A DNA stretch of 61,550 nucleotides from an uncultured Prevotellaceae bacterium. Lineage in GTDB: Bacteria > Bacteroidota > Bacteroidia > Bacteroidales > Bacteroidaceae. This document shows positions 47,876 to 58,125 of the stretch, piece by piece. Within the stretch, counting starts at the first letter, position 1; the number at the start of each line of letters is the position of its first letter. Below the pieces are notes generated by a model. The model did not search any database. It was not told the origin of the DNA and saw nothing but the letters and a program-made list of their open reading frames with translations. Made by a program: the position numbers and the translations under genes. The DNA is taken from NCBI GenBank assembly GCA_902765585.1, contig CACXAG010000013.1:1-61550 (forward strand), read 5' to 3'.

Positions 47876-49147
47876 ATGCTATATTATATCTTCCGCTTCT
47901 TAGAACAGTACAATATCCCGGGTGCACACCTCTGGTCGTACATCTCGTTCCGCTCGCTGTTGGCGCTCATCCTGTCGCTGATGATATCGGCGTGGTTTGG
48001 CGAATATTTCATCAAGTGGATGAAGCGCCGTAATATTTCCGAGACGGCCCGCGACCCCAGCATCGACCCGTTTGGCGAACAGAAGAAGGGGGTGCCCACC
48101 ATGGGCGGCATCATCATCATCGTCAGCATCCTGATACCCGTTCTGCTGCTGGGCCGCATGCGCAACATCTACCTGTTGCTGATGATTGGCACGACGGTAT
48201 GGCTGGGATTTCTGGGCTTCATGGACGACTATATCAAGATTTTCCGCAAGAACAAGGAAGGCCTGAAGGGACTGTACAAGATTGTCGGTCAGGTGAGCAT
48301 TGGCTTCATCGTGGGCCTGACGCTATGGCTCAGTCCAGATGCCGTGGTACGTGAGAACGTGACCGTGCCCCAGCAGAACCAGGAACTGGTGGTGAAACAC
48401 AAAAGCGAGGCGGTGAAGTCGTTGCAGACCACCATCCCGTTCATCAAGAACCACAACCTGAACTATTCTGCCGTGATGTCGTTCCTGGGTGACTACAAGG
48501 TGGCGGCAGGCTGGGTGCTGTTTGTCATCATGACCATCATCGTGGTGACTGCAGTGTCGAATGGTGCCAACCTGAACGACGGCATGGACGGCATGTGTGC
48601 AGGCAACTCTGCCATCATCGGCGTGGCGTTGCTCATCTTTGCCTATATCTCGTCGCATATCATCTATGCGGCCTACTTCGACATCATGTATATTCCCGGC
48701 TCGCAGGAACTGGTGGTGTTCCTATCTGCTTTCATCGGGGCCATGGTAGGCTTCCTGTGGTATAATGCTTATCCTGCCCAGGTCTTTATGGGCGATACGG
48801 GTTCGTTGACCATTGGCGGCATCATCGGTGTGTGCGCCGTCATCATCCACAAGGAGCTGATGCTGCCCATCCTCTGCGGTATCTTCTTCATCGAGAGCCT
48901 CAGCGTCATCATCCAGACGCAGTGGTTCAAGTTGCAGAAGCGTAAGGGCAAGCGTGTCCGTGTGTTCCGCGCCACGCCCATCCACGATACTTTCCGCAGG
49001 CTCGACTCGCAACTCGACCAGACCAGTACGTACATCCTAAAGAGCTGGCCCCACCGTCCGTTCCATGAGTCGAAGATTACCATCCGCTTCTGGATTACCA
49101 CCATCATATTGGCTGCATTGACCATCATAACGCTGAAAGTAAGATAA
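47876..49147 (+). CDS. mraY: Phospho-MurNAc-pentapeptide transferase
   Basis: PTMGG, GFMDDY, NGANLNDGMDG, PAQVFMGDTGS. Confidence 0.97.
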   Translation: MLYYIFRFLEQYNIPGAHLWSYISFRSLLALILSLMISAWFGEYFIKWMKRRNISETARDPSIDPFGEQKKGVPTMGGIIIIVSILIPVLLLGRMRNIYLLLMIGTTVWLGFLGFMDDYIKIFRKNKEGLKGLYKIVGQVSIGFIVGLTLWLSPDAVVRENVTVPQQNQELVVKHKSEAVKSLQTTIPFIKNHNLNYSAVMSFLGDYKVAAGWVLFVIMTIIVVTAVSNGANLNDGMDGMCAGNSAIIGVALLIFAYISSHIIYAAYFDIMYIPGSQELVVFLSAFIGAMVGFLWYNAYPAQVFMGDTGSLTIGGIIGVCAVIIHKELMLPILCGIFFIESLSVIIQTQWFKLQKRKGKRVRVFRATPIHDTFRRLDSQLDQTSTYILKSWPHRPFHESKITIRFWITTIILAALTIITLKVR

Positions 49148-49185
49148 ACTAAAGGGAAAAGTGAATAGTGAAAAGTGAAAAAGAT

Positions 49186-50517
49186 ATGAAGAGAATCGTG
49201 ATATTAGGAGCTGGTGAGAGTGGCGCAGGAGCTGCCGTGCTGGCCAAGAAGGAGGGCTTCGACGTGTTTGTATCGGACATGTCGAAGATAGCCGACAAGT
49301 ACAAGAAAATGCTGGACGACCGCGGCATCGCGTGGGAGGAGGGACAGCATACGGAAGAGAAGATTCTGAATGCCGACGAGATTATCAAGAGTCCCGGCAT
49401 TCCCGACACCGCCCCGATGATTGTCAAAATCAAGGAGAAGGGTATCCACATCATCAGTGAGATAGAGTTTGCCGGACGCTACACCACGTCGAAGATGGTC
49501 TGCATCACCGGTTCTAACGGCAAGACGACCACGACATCGCTCATCTACCACATCTTCAAGGAGGCAGGCTATGATGCCGGACTGGCTGGTAATATCGGCA
49601 ACTCGCTGGCTTTGCAGGTGGCCGAGGAGCCGCATGCGTACTATATCATCGAGCTGAGCTCGTTCCAGCTCGACAACATGTATGACTTCCGCGCCAATAT
49701 CGCCATCCTGCTGAATATCACGCCCGACCATCTGGACCGTTACGACTTCAAGATGCAGAACTATGTTGACGCCAAGATGCGCATCATCCAGAACCAGACG
49801 CCGCAGGATGCCTTCGTCTATTGGAACGACGACCCTATCATCAAGGCCGAACTGGAGAAGTACGACATCAAGGCCATCCAGTATCCGTTCTCGGAACTGA
49901 AGAAGAAGGGTAGCATCGGTTACATCGAGGAGGGACAGTACAAGATAGAGCAGCCAACGCCGTTCAATATGGAGCAGGAGTCGCTGTCGCTGACCGGCAA
50001 GCATAACATCTACAACTCGCTGGCCGCTGGTATCGCCTCGAACATCGCTGGCATCAAGAAAGAAGTCATCCGCAAGTCGCTCAGCGACTTCCCCGGTGTG
50101 GAACACCGTCTGGAGAAGGTGTGCACCGTGCGTGGCGTACAGTATATCAACGACTCGAAGGCCACCAACGTCGACGCCTGCTGGTATGCTCTGGAGTCGA
50201 TGAAGACCAAGACCATCCTCATCATCGGTGGCAAGGACAAGGGCAACGACTACAGTCCGCTGATGCCGTTGGTGCGCGAGAAATGTGCCGGACTCGTCTA
50301 CCTCGGTGCCGACAACCAGAAGCTGCACGACAACTTCGACCAGTTGGGCATCCCCGTCCGCGACACCCATTCGATGAAGGAGTGCGTCGAGGCCTGCTAC
50401 GAACTGGCAGAGCCGGGCATGACAGTGCTGCTGTCGCCCTGCTGCGCCTCCTTCGACCTCTTCAAGAACATGGAGGACCGCGGCGAGCAGTTTAAGCAAC
50501 TCGCAAGAAATCTCTAG
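49186..50517 (+). CDS. murD: UDP-MurNAc-L-Ala--D-Glu ligase
   Basis: ITGSNGKTTT, ELSSFQL, NITPDHLDRY, NDSKATN, LLSPCCASFD. Confidence 0.97.
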   Translation: MKRIVILGAGESGAGAAVLAKKEGFDVFVSDMSKIADKYKKMLDDRGIAWEEGQHTEEKILNADEIIKSPGIPDTAPMIVKIKEKGIHIISEIEFAGRYTTSKMVCITGSNGKTTTTSLIYHIFKEAGYDAGLAGNIGNSLALQVAEEPHAYYIIELSSFQLDNMYDFRANIAILLNITPDHLDRYDFKMQNYVDAKMRIIQNQTPQDAFVYWNDDPIIKAELEKYDIKAIQYPFSELKKKGSIGYIEEGQYKIEQPTPFNMEQESLSLTGKHNIYNSLAAGIASNIAGIKKEVIRKSLSDFPGVEHRLEKVCTVRGVQYINDSKATNVDACWYALESMKTKTILIIGGKDKGNDYSPLMPLVREKCAGLVYLGADNQKLHDNFDQLGIPVRDTHSMKECVEACYELAEPGMTVLLSPCCASFDLFKNMEDRGEQFKQLARNL

Positions 50518-50548
50518 ACTATCTAGACAATCTAGACTATCTAGAAAA
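50513..50548. repeat. 9-bp array (TCTAGAnnA x4) beginning at the murD stop
   Basis: tctagacta tctagacaa tctagacta tctagaaaa. Confidence 0.9.
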
Positions 50549-50561
50549 ACTATAGCATAAT

Positions 50562-51881
50562 ATGAACAAGAAAATAGGCAGGTTATTCAAAGGCGACAAG
50601 GTCATCTGGATGGTGTTCTTCTTCCTCTGTATGATCAGTGTTGTGGAGGTCTTCTCGGCTTCCAGCGGACTGACATACAAAAGCCAGAACTACGTCGGTC
50701 CGATAGCCTATCATACCTTTACTATCGTGGCGGGTGTGGTGGTAGCCATTCTCACGCTTAACATCCCGTGCAAGTACTTCAAGCTGATGACGCCCTTCCT
50801 GCTGCTGATATCGGCCATCACCCTGCTATGGGTGCTGCTGGCCGGTACCAAGGTGGGTGACGCCGGACGATGGATCAACCTGCTCGGCTTCACATTCCAG
50901 CCTTCGGAAATTGCCAAGGGAACTATTGTGCTGGCTGTGGCACAGATACTGGCAGCGATGCAGCGTGAAAAAGGTGCCGACAAGAATGCCTTCAAGTGGA
51001 TATTGTGGGTGACGGTTCCTGCCTGTGTACTCATCGGCCTTGAGAACCTCTCCACGGCAGCAATGCTCTTTGCCGTCGTCTGCATCATGATGTTCATCGG
51101 TCTGGTGCCCTTCCGTCAGCTCGGCAAGCTGATAGCGGTGATAGTTGCTATGGGCGTCTTTGCCTTTGCGATGGTGATGCTTGTTGGTAAAGACGTGAGC
51201 GCGACCGAGCAATTGCAGACCAAGACCGAACAACTGGCCCAGCAGCCCAATAGCGGACAGGCCGAAGAAGATACCAAGAAAGAGAAAAACTTTGTTGAGA
51301 AGATGTTCCATCGTGCTAACACGTGGAAGAGCCGAATCATGAAGTTTACCAAGCCCAAGCCCACCCCGCAGGAGTACGACCTTGACAAGGATGCCCAGGT
51401 GGCACATGCCAATATCGCCATCGTGTCGAGCGGCGTCATCGGCAAGGGACCGGGACAGTCGACGGAGCGCGACTTCCTGTCGCAGGCTTTCTCGGACTTC
51501 ATCTATGCTATTATCATTGAGGAACTGGGACTGATAGGTGCAGGCTTCGTGGCCTTCCTCTACATCATCCTGCTGTATCGCTGTGCGCGTATTGCCAGCC
51601 GTTGCGAGAACAACTTCCCGGCATTCCTGGCCATGGGGCTCGGATTGCTGCTGGTCATTCAGGCTATGTTCAACATGATGGTGGCCGTTGGACTGGCGCC
51701 TGTGACGGGTCAGCCGTTGCCGCTTATTTCGAAAGGCGGAACGTCGACCATCATCAATTGTGCCTATATCGGTGCTATCCTGAGCGTGAGCCGTTCGGCC
51801 AAGGTGAATAAGGAACTGGCAGACGACAAAAATGCCAAAGTTGCAGGGTCTGATAAAGAAAATCCGGAAAAAGTGGCTTAA
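50562..51881 (+). CDS. ftsW: SEDS protein FtsW
   Basis: RWI...FQPSEIAK, SDFIYAIIIEELG, PVTGQPLPLISKGGTS. Confidence 0.95.
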   Translation: MNKKIGRLFKGDKVIWMVFFFLCMISVVEVFSASSGLTYKSQNYVGPIAYHTFTIVAGVVVAILTLNIPCKYFKLMTPFLLLISAITLLWVLLAGTKVGDAGRWINLLGFTFQPSEIAKGTIVLAVAQILAAMQREKGADKNAFKWILWVTVPACVLIGLENLSTAAMLFAVVCIMMFIGLVPFRQLGKLIAVIVAMGVFAFAMVMLVGKDVSATEQLQTKTEQLAQQPNSGQAEEDTKKEKNFVEKMFHRANTWKSRIMKFTKPKPTPQEYDLDKDAQVAHANIAIVSSGVIGKGPGQSTERDFLSQAFSDFIYAIIIEELGLIGAGFVAFLYIILLYRCARIASRCENNFPAFLAMGLGLLLVIQAMFNMMVAVGLAPVTGQPLPLISKGGTSTIINCAYIGAILSVSRSAKVNKELADDKNAKVAGSDKENPEKVA

Positions 51882-51932
51882 TATGACAGAAAAATCGTAA
51901 TTTTGCACTTTTTTACAGAAAGAATATAGAGT

Positions 51933-53045
51933 ATGAGTGAGTTAAGAGTAATCATCAGCGGTGGCGGCACGGGAGGTCATATCTTCCCGGCAGTATCGAT
52001 AGCGAACGCCGTCAAGGCCCTACGCCCAGATGCGAAAATTCTGTTCGTGGGTGCCTTGGGACGCATGGAGATGCAGCGTGTGCCAGCCGCCGGCTACGAG
52101 ATAAAAGGTCTGCCCATACAGGGCTTCGACCGCAAGAACCTGCTGAAGAATGTCAAGGTACTCTACAAGATATGGAAGAGCCAGCGCATGGCCAAGAAGA
52201 TTATCAAGGAGTTCCGTCCACAGGTAGCCGTCGGCGTAGGAGGCTATGCCAGTGGCCCGACGCTCAATATGGCTGCCGCCAAAGGCATCCCCTGTCTGTT
52301 GCAGGAACAGAACTCTTATGCCGGTGTCACCAATAAGCTGCTGGCCAAGAAGGCGGCGAAAATCTGTGTGGCTTACGAGGGCATGGAGCGTTTCTTCCCT
52401 GCCGATAAGATTATGCTGACGGGTAACCCCGTGCGCCAGCAGTTGCTGGAGACCACGCTGAAGCACGACGATGCCGTGCGCTCCTTCGGTTTCGACCCTG
52501 CCAAGAAGACCGTTCTGCTGGTTGGTGGCAGCCTGGGTGCCCGCACCATCAACGAGAGTGTGCTGCAGCATCTGGACCTCATCAAGGCCAGCGACATCCA
52601 GTTCATCTGGCAGACAGGCAAGTACTATAGTGCTGAAATTGCTGAGCGCCTGAAGGGACAGGACATTCCTAACCTGAAGGTCACCGACTTCATCACCGAT
52701 ATGGGTGCCGCCTACAAGGCTGCCGACCTGGTCATCAGTCGCGCCGGAGCCGGTTCCATCAGCGAGTTCTGCCTGTTGGGCAAACCGGTTATCCTGGTTC
52801 CTTCGCCCAATGTGGCCGAGGACCATCAGACAAAGAATGCCCTGGCACTGGTTAGCAAGCAGGCCGCCCTCTATGTCAAGGATGTGGAGGCTCCGCAACT
52901 ACTGTTGCCGCTGGCCCTCGATACTGTCAAAGATGATGCCAAGCTGCAGAGCCTGAGCACGAACATCCTGAAGATGGCGTTGCCCGCCTCGGCAGAAATC
53001 ATCGCCAAAGAGGTCATTAAACTGGCAAGCGCTAACGCTAATTGA
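51933..53045 (+). CDS. murG: Lipid II GlcNAc transferase
   Basis: GGGTGGHIFP, GGYAS, EQNSYAG, GGSLGA, HQTKNA. Confidence 0.98.
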   Translation: MSELRVIISGGGTGGHIFPAVSIANAVKALRPDAKILFVGALGRMEMQRVPAAGYEIKGLPIQGFDRKNLLKNVKVLYKIWKSQRMAKKIIKEFRPQVAVGVGGYASGPTLNMAAAKGIPCLLQEQNSYAGVTNKLLAKKAAKICVAYEGMERFFPADKIMLTGNPVRQQLLETTLKHDDAVRSFGFDPAKKTVLLVGGSLGARTINESVLQHLDLIKASDIQFIWQTGKYYSAEIAERLKGQDIPNLKVTDFITDMGAAYKAADLVISRAGAGSISEFCLLGKPVILVPSPNVAEDHQTKNALALVSKQAALYVKDVEAPQLLLPLALDTVKDDAKLQSLSTNILKMALPASAEIIAKEVIKLASANAN

Positions 53046-53067
53046 TAATTGATAATTAAATAGTCAA

Positions 53068-54462
53068 ATGAATATTAGGGATATTAAAGCCGTCTATTTC
53101 GTTGGTGCCGGAGGCATCGGTATGAGTGCCATCGCCCGCTACTTCATCAGTCGCGGACTGGTGGTAGGCGGCTATGATAAGACACCGAGCGTGCTGACCC
53201 GCCAGTTGGAGAAGGAGGGCATGCTCATCCACTATGAAGAAGATGTCGACGACATCCCCCATGCCTGCAAGGATGCAAAGTCGTGCCTGGTCATCTATAC
53301 CCCCGCCATCCCTGCTGAGCACAAGGAGCTGCAGTACTTCCGCCAGCATGGCTTCGAGATTCAGAAGCGCGCTCAGGTGTTGGGAACGCTGACGCGCCGG
53401 CATAAGGGGCTGTGTGTAGCCGGTACTCACGGCAAGACGACCACCAGTACGATGTGTGCGCATATCATGCACCAGAGCCACCTCGACTGCAACGCCTTCC
53501 TGGGCGGCATCTCCAAGAACTATGGCACCAACTATATCCTGTCCGACTCGGAATATGTGGTCATCGAGGCCGACGAGTTCGACCGCTCATTCCACTGGCT
53601 GTCGCCCTTTATGACGGTCATCACCAGTACCGACCCCGACCATTTGGACATCTATGGCACCAAGGAGGCCTACCTGGAGAGCTTCCGTCACTATACGGAA
53701 CTCATCCAGCCCGAGGGGGCGCTCATCATCCATCGCGGCCTGGAGATGCAGGAGTCGCTGCCCGAAGGCGTGCGCCGCTACGACTATGCGCTGACGGAGG
53801 GCGACTTCCATGCCGAGAACATCCGCATCCACAACGGCAACATCACCTTCGACTTCGTCTCGCCCTTCGAGTCGGTCAAGAATATCCAGCTCGGACAGCC
53901 CGTGCCTATTAATATTGAGAATGGTGTAGCCGCCATGGCTATGGCCCAGTTGGCAGGCTGTACGGCCGACGAACTGCGCATCGGCATGAAGACATACAGT
54001 GGCGTAGACCGTCGCTTTGACTTCAAGATTAAGAACGACCGGCTGGTGTTCCTCAGCGACTATGCCCACCACCCCAAGGAGATACTCCAGAGTGCCCGTA
54101 GCATCCGCGAACTCTATCAGGACCGCAAGATTACGGCCATTTTCCAGCCGCACCTGTATACCCGCACTCGCGACTTCTACCATGAGTTTGCCGATGCATT
54201 GAGTCTGCTCGACGAGGTGGTGCTGACTGAGATCTATCCTGCCCGTGAAGAGCCCATCGAGGGTGTCACGTCGCAGCTCATCTACGACAACCTGCGTCCC
54301 GGCATTGAGAAACAGCTGATTCGTAAGGACGACGTGCTGTCGTATGTCCGTTCGCATCAGTTCGATGTGCTCATCGTGCTGGGTGCCGGCGACCTGGACA
54401 ACTATGTGCCGCAGATAACACAGATACTGAAAAGAAAGGTAAAAGTGAATAGTGAAAAGTGA
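53068..54462 (+). CDS. murC: UDP-MurNAc--L-alanine ligase
   Basis: GAGGIGMS, AGTHGKTTT, EADEFD, DYAHHP, FQPHLYTRT. Confidence 0.97.
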   Translation: MNIRDIKAVYFVGAGGIGMSAIARYFISRGLVVGGYDKTPSVLTRQLEKEGMLIHYEEDVDDIPHACKDAKSCLVIYTPAIPAEHKELQYFRQHGFEIQKRAQVLGTLTRRHKGLCVAGTHGKTTTSTMCAHIMHQSHLDCNAFLGGISKNYGTNYILSDSEYVVIEADEFDRSFHWLSPFMTVITSTDPDHLDIYGTKEAYLESFRHYTELIQPEGALIIHRGLEMQESLPEGVRRYDYALTEGDFHAENIRIHNGNITFDFVSPFESVKNIQLGQPVPINIENGVAAMAMAQLAGCTADELRIGMKTYSGVDRRFDFKIKNDRLVFLSDYAHHPKEILQSARSIRELYQDRKITAIFQPHLYTRTRDFYHEFADALSLLDEVVLTEIYPAREEPIEGVTSQLIYDNLRPGIEKQLIRKDDVLSYVRSHQFDVLIVLGAGDLDNYVPQITQILKRKVKVNSEK

Positions 54463-54515
54463 AAAAATTGCTACCGCTCAGTTAAATAGTCAAATAGTAA
54501 AATAGTCAAATATAT

Positions 54516-55225
54516 ATGGGTTCTGTCTGGAAGAAAACCGCTGTCGTCTTGATTGACATCCTGCTGGTTGTCTATCTCGTCTTTTCCGTCACGTCGCTCA
54601 ACCGCCCTGACGAGTGGCGGGTTTCCTGACTCCAGACGACATCAAGTCCCAGCTGCAGCATGCCAAGCTCTATCCCTTGGGTGACCCTATGTCTGAGGTG
54701 AAGGTACGCAAGATAGAGGAGGCGCTCAGCCAGAACCAGCTGGTGGAGTCGGCGCAGTGCTGGAAGACTCAGACGGGCAAGGTGTGCATCCAGCTCAAGC
54801 AGCGACTGCCCGTGGTGCGTGTCAAGGCCGACAATGGCGACGACTACTATGTGGACACGAACGGAAATATCCTGCCCAGCGCAGGCTATGCCAGCAGTCT
54901 GGTCGTGGCTACGGGGAAGATTTCGCGGAAATATGCCCAGAAGACCTTGAAGGACCTGGGTAATTTCCTGGTGGAGAACAATCTATGGCGCCAGCAGGTG
55001 GAACAGCTCAACGTGCTTGGCGACGGTTCGGTGGAGATGGTGCCCCGCGTGGGCGACCATGTCGTCTATTTAGGCCAGCCGACGGACATTGCGCGCAAGC
55101 TGGAGCGACTGCAGAAGTTCTATCAGTACGGACTCTCCAGGACTGGCTGGAACAAGTATTCCTATATCAGTCTGGAGTTCGACAACCAGATTATCTGCAA
55201 GAAGAGAAGTAGCTCAAGAAGTTAA
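54516..55225 (+). CDS. ftsQ: Cell division protein FtsQ, frame broken near 54613
   Basis: ATG 54516 gives MGSVWKKTAVVLIDILLVVYLVFSVTSLNRPDE (TM anchor) then stops. The POTRA/C-terminal part (GFLT...KIEEAL...QRLPVVRV...GWNKYSYISLEFDNQIIC) is in another frame. Confidence 0.85.
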
Positions 55226-55296
55226 AGGGAAGTTAACGAGAAGTTAAAGGGAAGTTAAAGGGAAGTTAGTTAAAAGGAAGTAAAAAGAAAGTTAAG
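55217..55296. repeat. 11-bp array (GAAGTTAAAGG-like) between ftsQ and ftsA
   Basis: Read directly. The first unit contains the ftsQ TAA. Confidence 0.9.
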
Positions 55297-55299
55297 TGT

Positions 55300-56748
55300 A
55301 TGGCAAAGGATTTTATTGTAGCAATCGAAATGGGGTCGTCGAAGATGACCGGTATTGCGGGTAGGAAGAATCTTGACGGCAGCATCCAGGTGCTGGCCTG
55401 CGTCAAGGAGGACTCCTCGTCGTTCATCCGCAAAGGTGTGGTTTACAACATCGATAAGACTGCTCAGTGCCTGACCAGTATCGTCAATAAACTGGAGAAA
55501 CAGCTGAAGACGGTCATCACACAAGTCTATGTGGGTGTCGGCGGACAGTCTATACGCTCTGTCCGCAACGTCATTGCCCACGACCTGCAGCGCGAGACGC
55601 AGGTGACGCAGGAGGAGGTGATAGAACTGATGGACTCGAACCGCAATATGAAGTACCCCGACCAGCAGATTATCGACGCTGCTGTCCAGGAGTATCGCGT
55701 TGACTCCCAGTACCAGCTCGACCCCGTGGGCATACAGTGCTCCCGCATAGAGGGCAACTTCCTCAACATCCTGCAGCGCAAGACGTTCTACAACAACCTC
55801 AATAAGTGCTTTGAGACGGCCGGCATCAACGTCGCCGAGATGTATCTCGCCCCCCTGGCACTGGCCGACAGCGTGCTGACGGAGACCGAGAAGCGCTCGG
55901 GCTGTGCACTCGTCGACCTGGGCGCCGACACCACCACCGTCAGCGTCTACTCCAAGAACGTGCTGCGCCACCTGGCCGTCATACCCTTGGGCATCAACAA
56001 CATCATCAAGGACATCGCCTCGCTGCAGATGGAGGAGAGCGACGCCGAGAAGATGATGCTGAAATATGCCAGCGCCTATACCGACAACAACGACATCGAC
56101 AACAACCTGAAGTATCCCGTCGATGCCGAGCGGCAGGTGGAGGCCCGCAAGTTCATCGAGATTGTGGAAGGCCGTCTGGAGGAAATCATCGCCAACGTGT
56201 GGTGCCAGGTGCCCGAGGAGTACTGCGACAAGCTGCTCGGCGGCATCATCCTCACGGGCGGCGGCTCCAACATGAGGGAAATCGAGAAAGCCTTCCGCAA
56301 CTATATCCACATCGAGAAGATTCGCGTCGCCAAGTTCGTCACGCAGACCATCACGTCCAGCCTTCCGGAAATCAATGCCCACGACGGCCGCATGAACACC
56401 GTGCTCGGCCTGCTGGCCAAGGGCGACATCAACTGTGCCGGCGCTGAGATTCCCGCCAATGGCGACCTCTTCTCGCAGCCCAAGGTGACCGTGGCCGAGA
56501 CCATGGAGCAGCGCCGCGCACGTCAGGCTACGGAGATTCCCGCCGGCGTGGTGCGCACGGCCGAGGAGACCCGCCGCGCCGAGGAGGAAGCCCGCCTGAA
56601 GAAGGAAGAGGAAGACCGCATAGCCCGCGAGAAGGCCGAGGCCGAGGAGCGCGAGCGCCAGCGCATCAAGAAAGAAAACTCCTTCTGGAACAAGAGCTGG
56701 AAGAAGATCAAGGAGTTCGGCAGCAAAATGGTCGAAGAAGAAGAGTAG
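55300..56748 (+). CDS. ftsA: Cell division protein FtsA
   Basis: VAIEMGSSK, LVDLGADTT, ILTGGGS, C-terminal amphipathic helix FWNKSWKKIKEFG. Confidence 0.96.
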   Translation: MAKDFIVAIEMGSSKMTGIAGRKNLDGSIQVLACVKEDSSSFIRKGVVYNIDKTAQCLTSIVNKLEKQLKTVITQVYVGVGGQSIRSVRNVIAHDLQRETQVTQEEVIELMDSNRNMKYPDQQIIDAAVQEYRVDSQYQLDPVGIQCSRIEGNFLNILQRKTFYNNLNKCFETAGINVAEMYLAPLALADSVLTETEKRSGCALVDLGADTTTVSVYSKNVLRHLAVIPLGINNIIKDIASLQMEESDAEKMMLKYASAYTDNNDIDNNLKYPVDAERQVEARKFIEIVEGRLEEIIANVWCQVPEEYCDKLLGGIILTGGGSNMREIEKAFRNYIHIEKIRVAKFVTQTITSSLPEINAHDGRMNTVLGLLAKGDINCAGAEIPANGDLFSQPKVTVAETMEQRRARQATEIPAGVVRTAEETRRAEEEARLKKEEEDRIAREKAEAEERERQRIKKENSFWNKSWKKIKEFGSKMVEEEE

Positions 56749-56804
56749 GCGGGCGAAGCCCTAATGATAATTGAAAATAGATAATTGATAATTGAAATAA
56801 AGTT

Positions 56805-58029
56805 ATGGACAACAATATATTGCTCGATTTCGGCGAGCCCGAAAAGGAAAACAGCATCATCAAGGTCATTGGTGTAGGAGGCGGTGGCGGCAATGCCGTC
56901 AACCACATGTATCGCGAGGGCATCCACGACGTCACCTTCGTGCTCTGTAATACTGACGCACAGGCGCTCAACGACTCCCCCGTGCCCGTTCATCTGCAAC
57001 TCGGTGCCGAGGGTCTCGGAGCTGGCAACAAGCCCGCCAAGGCCCGTGCCGCCGCCGAGGAGAGTCTGGAGGACATCAAGAACATGCTGGCCGACGGCAC
57101 GCGCATGGCCTTCATCACCGCCGGCATGGGCGGTGGCACCGGCACCGGCGCCGCCCCCGTCATAGCCCGCGTCTCCAAGGAGATGGGCATCCTCACCGTC
57201 GGCATCGTCACCATACCCTTCCGCTTCGAGGGCGACCGCAAGATAGACCAGGCCTTGGACGGCGTCGAGGAGATGGCCAAGCACGTGGACGCACTGCTGG
57301 TCATCAACAACGAGCGTCTGCGCGAAATCTACCCCGAGCTCTCCGTGCTCGACGCCTTCGGCAAGGCTGACGACACCCTCAGCGTCGCCGCCAAGTCCAT
57401 TGCCGAAATCATCACCGTCCACGGACTCATCAACCTCGACTTCAACGACGTCAAGACCGTGCTCAAGGACGGCGGCGTCGCCATCATGTCCACCGGCTAC
57501 GGCGAGGGCGAAGGCCGCGTCAAGAAAGCCATCGACGACGCCCTCAACTCGCCACTGCTTAACGACAACGACGTCTTCAACTCCAAGAAGATACTCCTCT
57601 CCATCTCCTTTGCCGGCACCAAGGGCGGCAAGGACTCGCTCATGATGGAGGAAATGAACGACGTCAACGAGTTCATGGCTCGAGAACGTCGAGGGCATGT
57701 CCAACCACCGCCAGCACCGCAACACGCAGGAGGAGGCCACGCGCATCGCCGCCGAGCAGGAGGCCGAGGCCAAGCGCATGGACCGTCGCAACCGCTACTA
57801 CGGCGGCGACAGCCAGACGCGCCGCTACAAGCGCCGCCCCCACATCTACCTCTTCCGCCCCGAGGACCTCGACAACGACGACGTCATCTCCGCCGTCGAG
57901 CAGACGCCCACCTACAAGCGCACCCGCGACATCCTGGACAGCATCTACTCCCCCGTCTCCAGCGACGAGTCGTCGCTCACCGACGCCGCACAGGCCGACA
58001 TCCTCCAGGGAACCATCAAGTTCTCATAA
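56805..58029 (+). CDS. ftsZ: Cell division protein FtsZ, frame broken near 57680
   Basis: IKVIGVGGGGGNAV, GMGGGTGTG, INLDFNDV. The true C-tail (ENVEGM...RRPHIYLF..EDLDNDDVI..VE.TPTYKR) is in the frame ending at 58029. Confidence 0.93.
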
Positions 58030-58046
58030 AAAATTAACTATTTTAC

Positions 58047-58083
58047 GCGGAGTTTCCCCGTCAAACGGGGAAACGGCTTCCGC
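58047..58083. terminator. Stem-loop between convergent ftsZ and the AraC gene
   Basis: gtttccccg-tcaaa-cggggaaac core, extendable by gcggag/ttccgc. Confidence 0.7.
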
Positions 58084-58125
58084 AAAGGGGCAAAAAATAC
58101 AGGACGCTCCCGCGAACGCCCCCCA

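Noticed and set aside
54600-57700. Programmed ribosomal frameshifting in ftsQ and ftsZ
   Set aside because: Conserved residues are missing at the junctions and there is no slippery sequence, so frameshifting could not restore the proteins
496-57791. Many long antisense ORFs (e.g. 496-1701, 10274-11755, 43981-46251, 49204-50499, 56523-57791)
   Set aside because: They shadow well-supported genes on the opposite strand. This is expected from strong C/G third-position bias, and they have no recognisable motifs.
42277-58029. murF, ddl and murB missing from the dcw cluster
   Set aside because: Normal Bacteroidales dcw organisation
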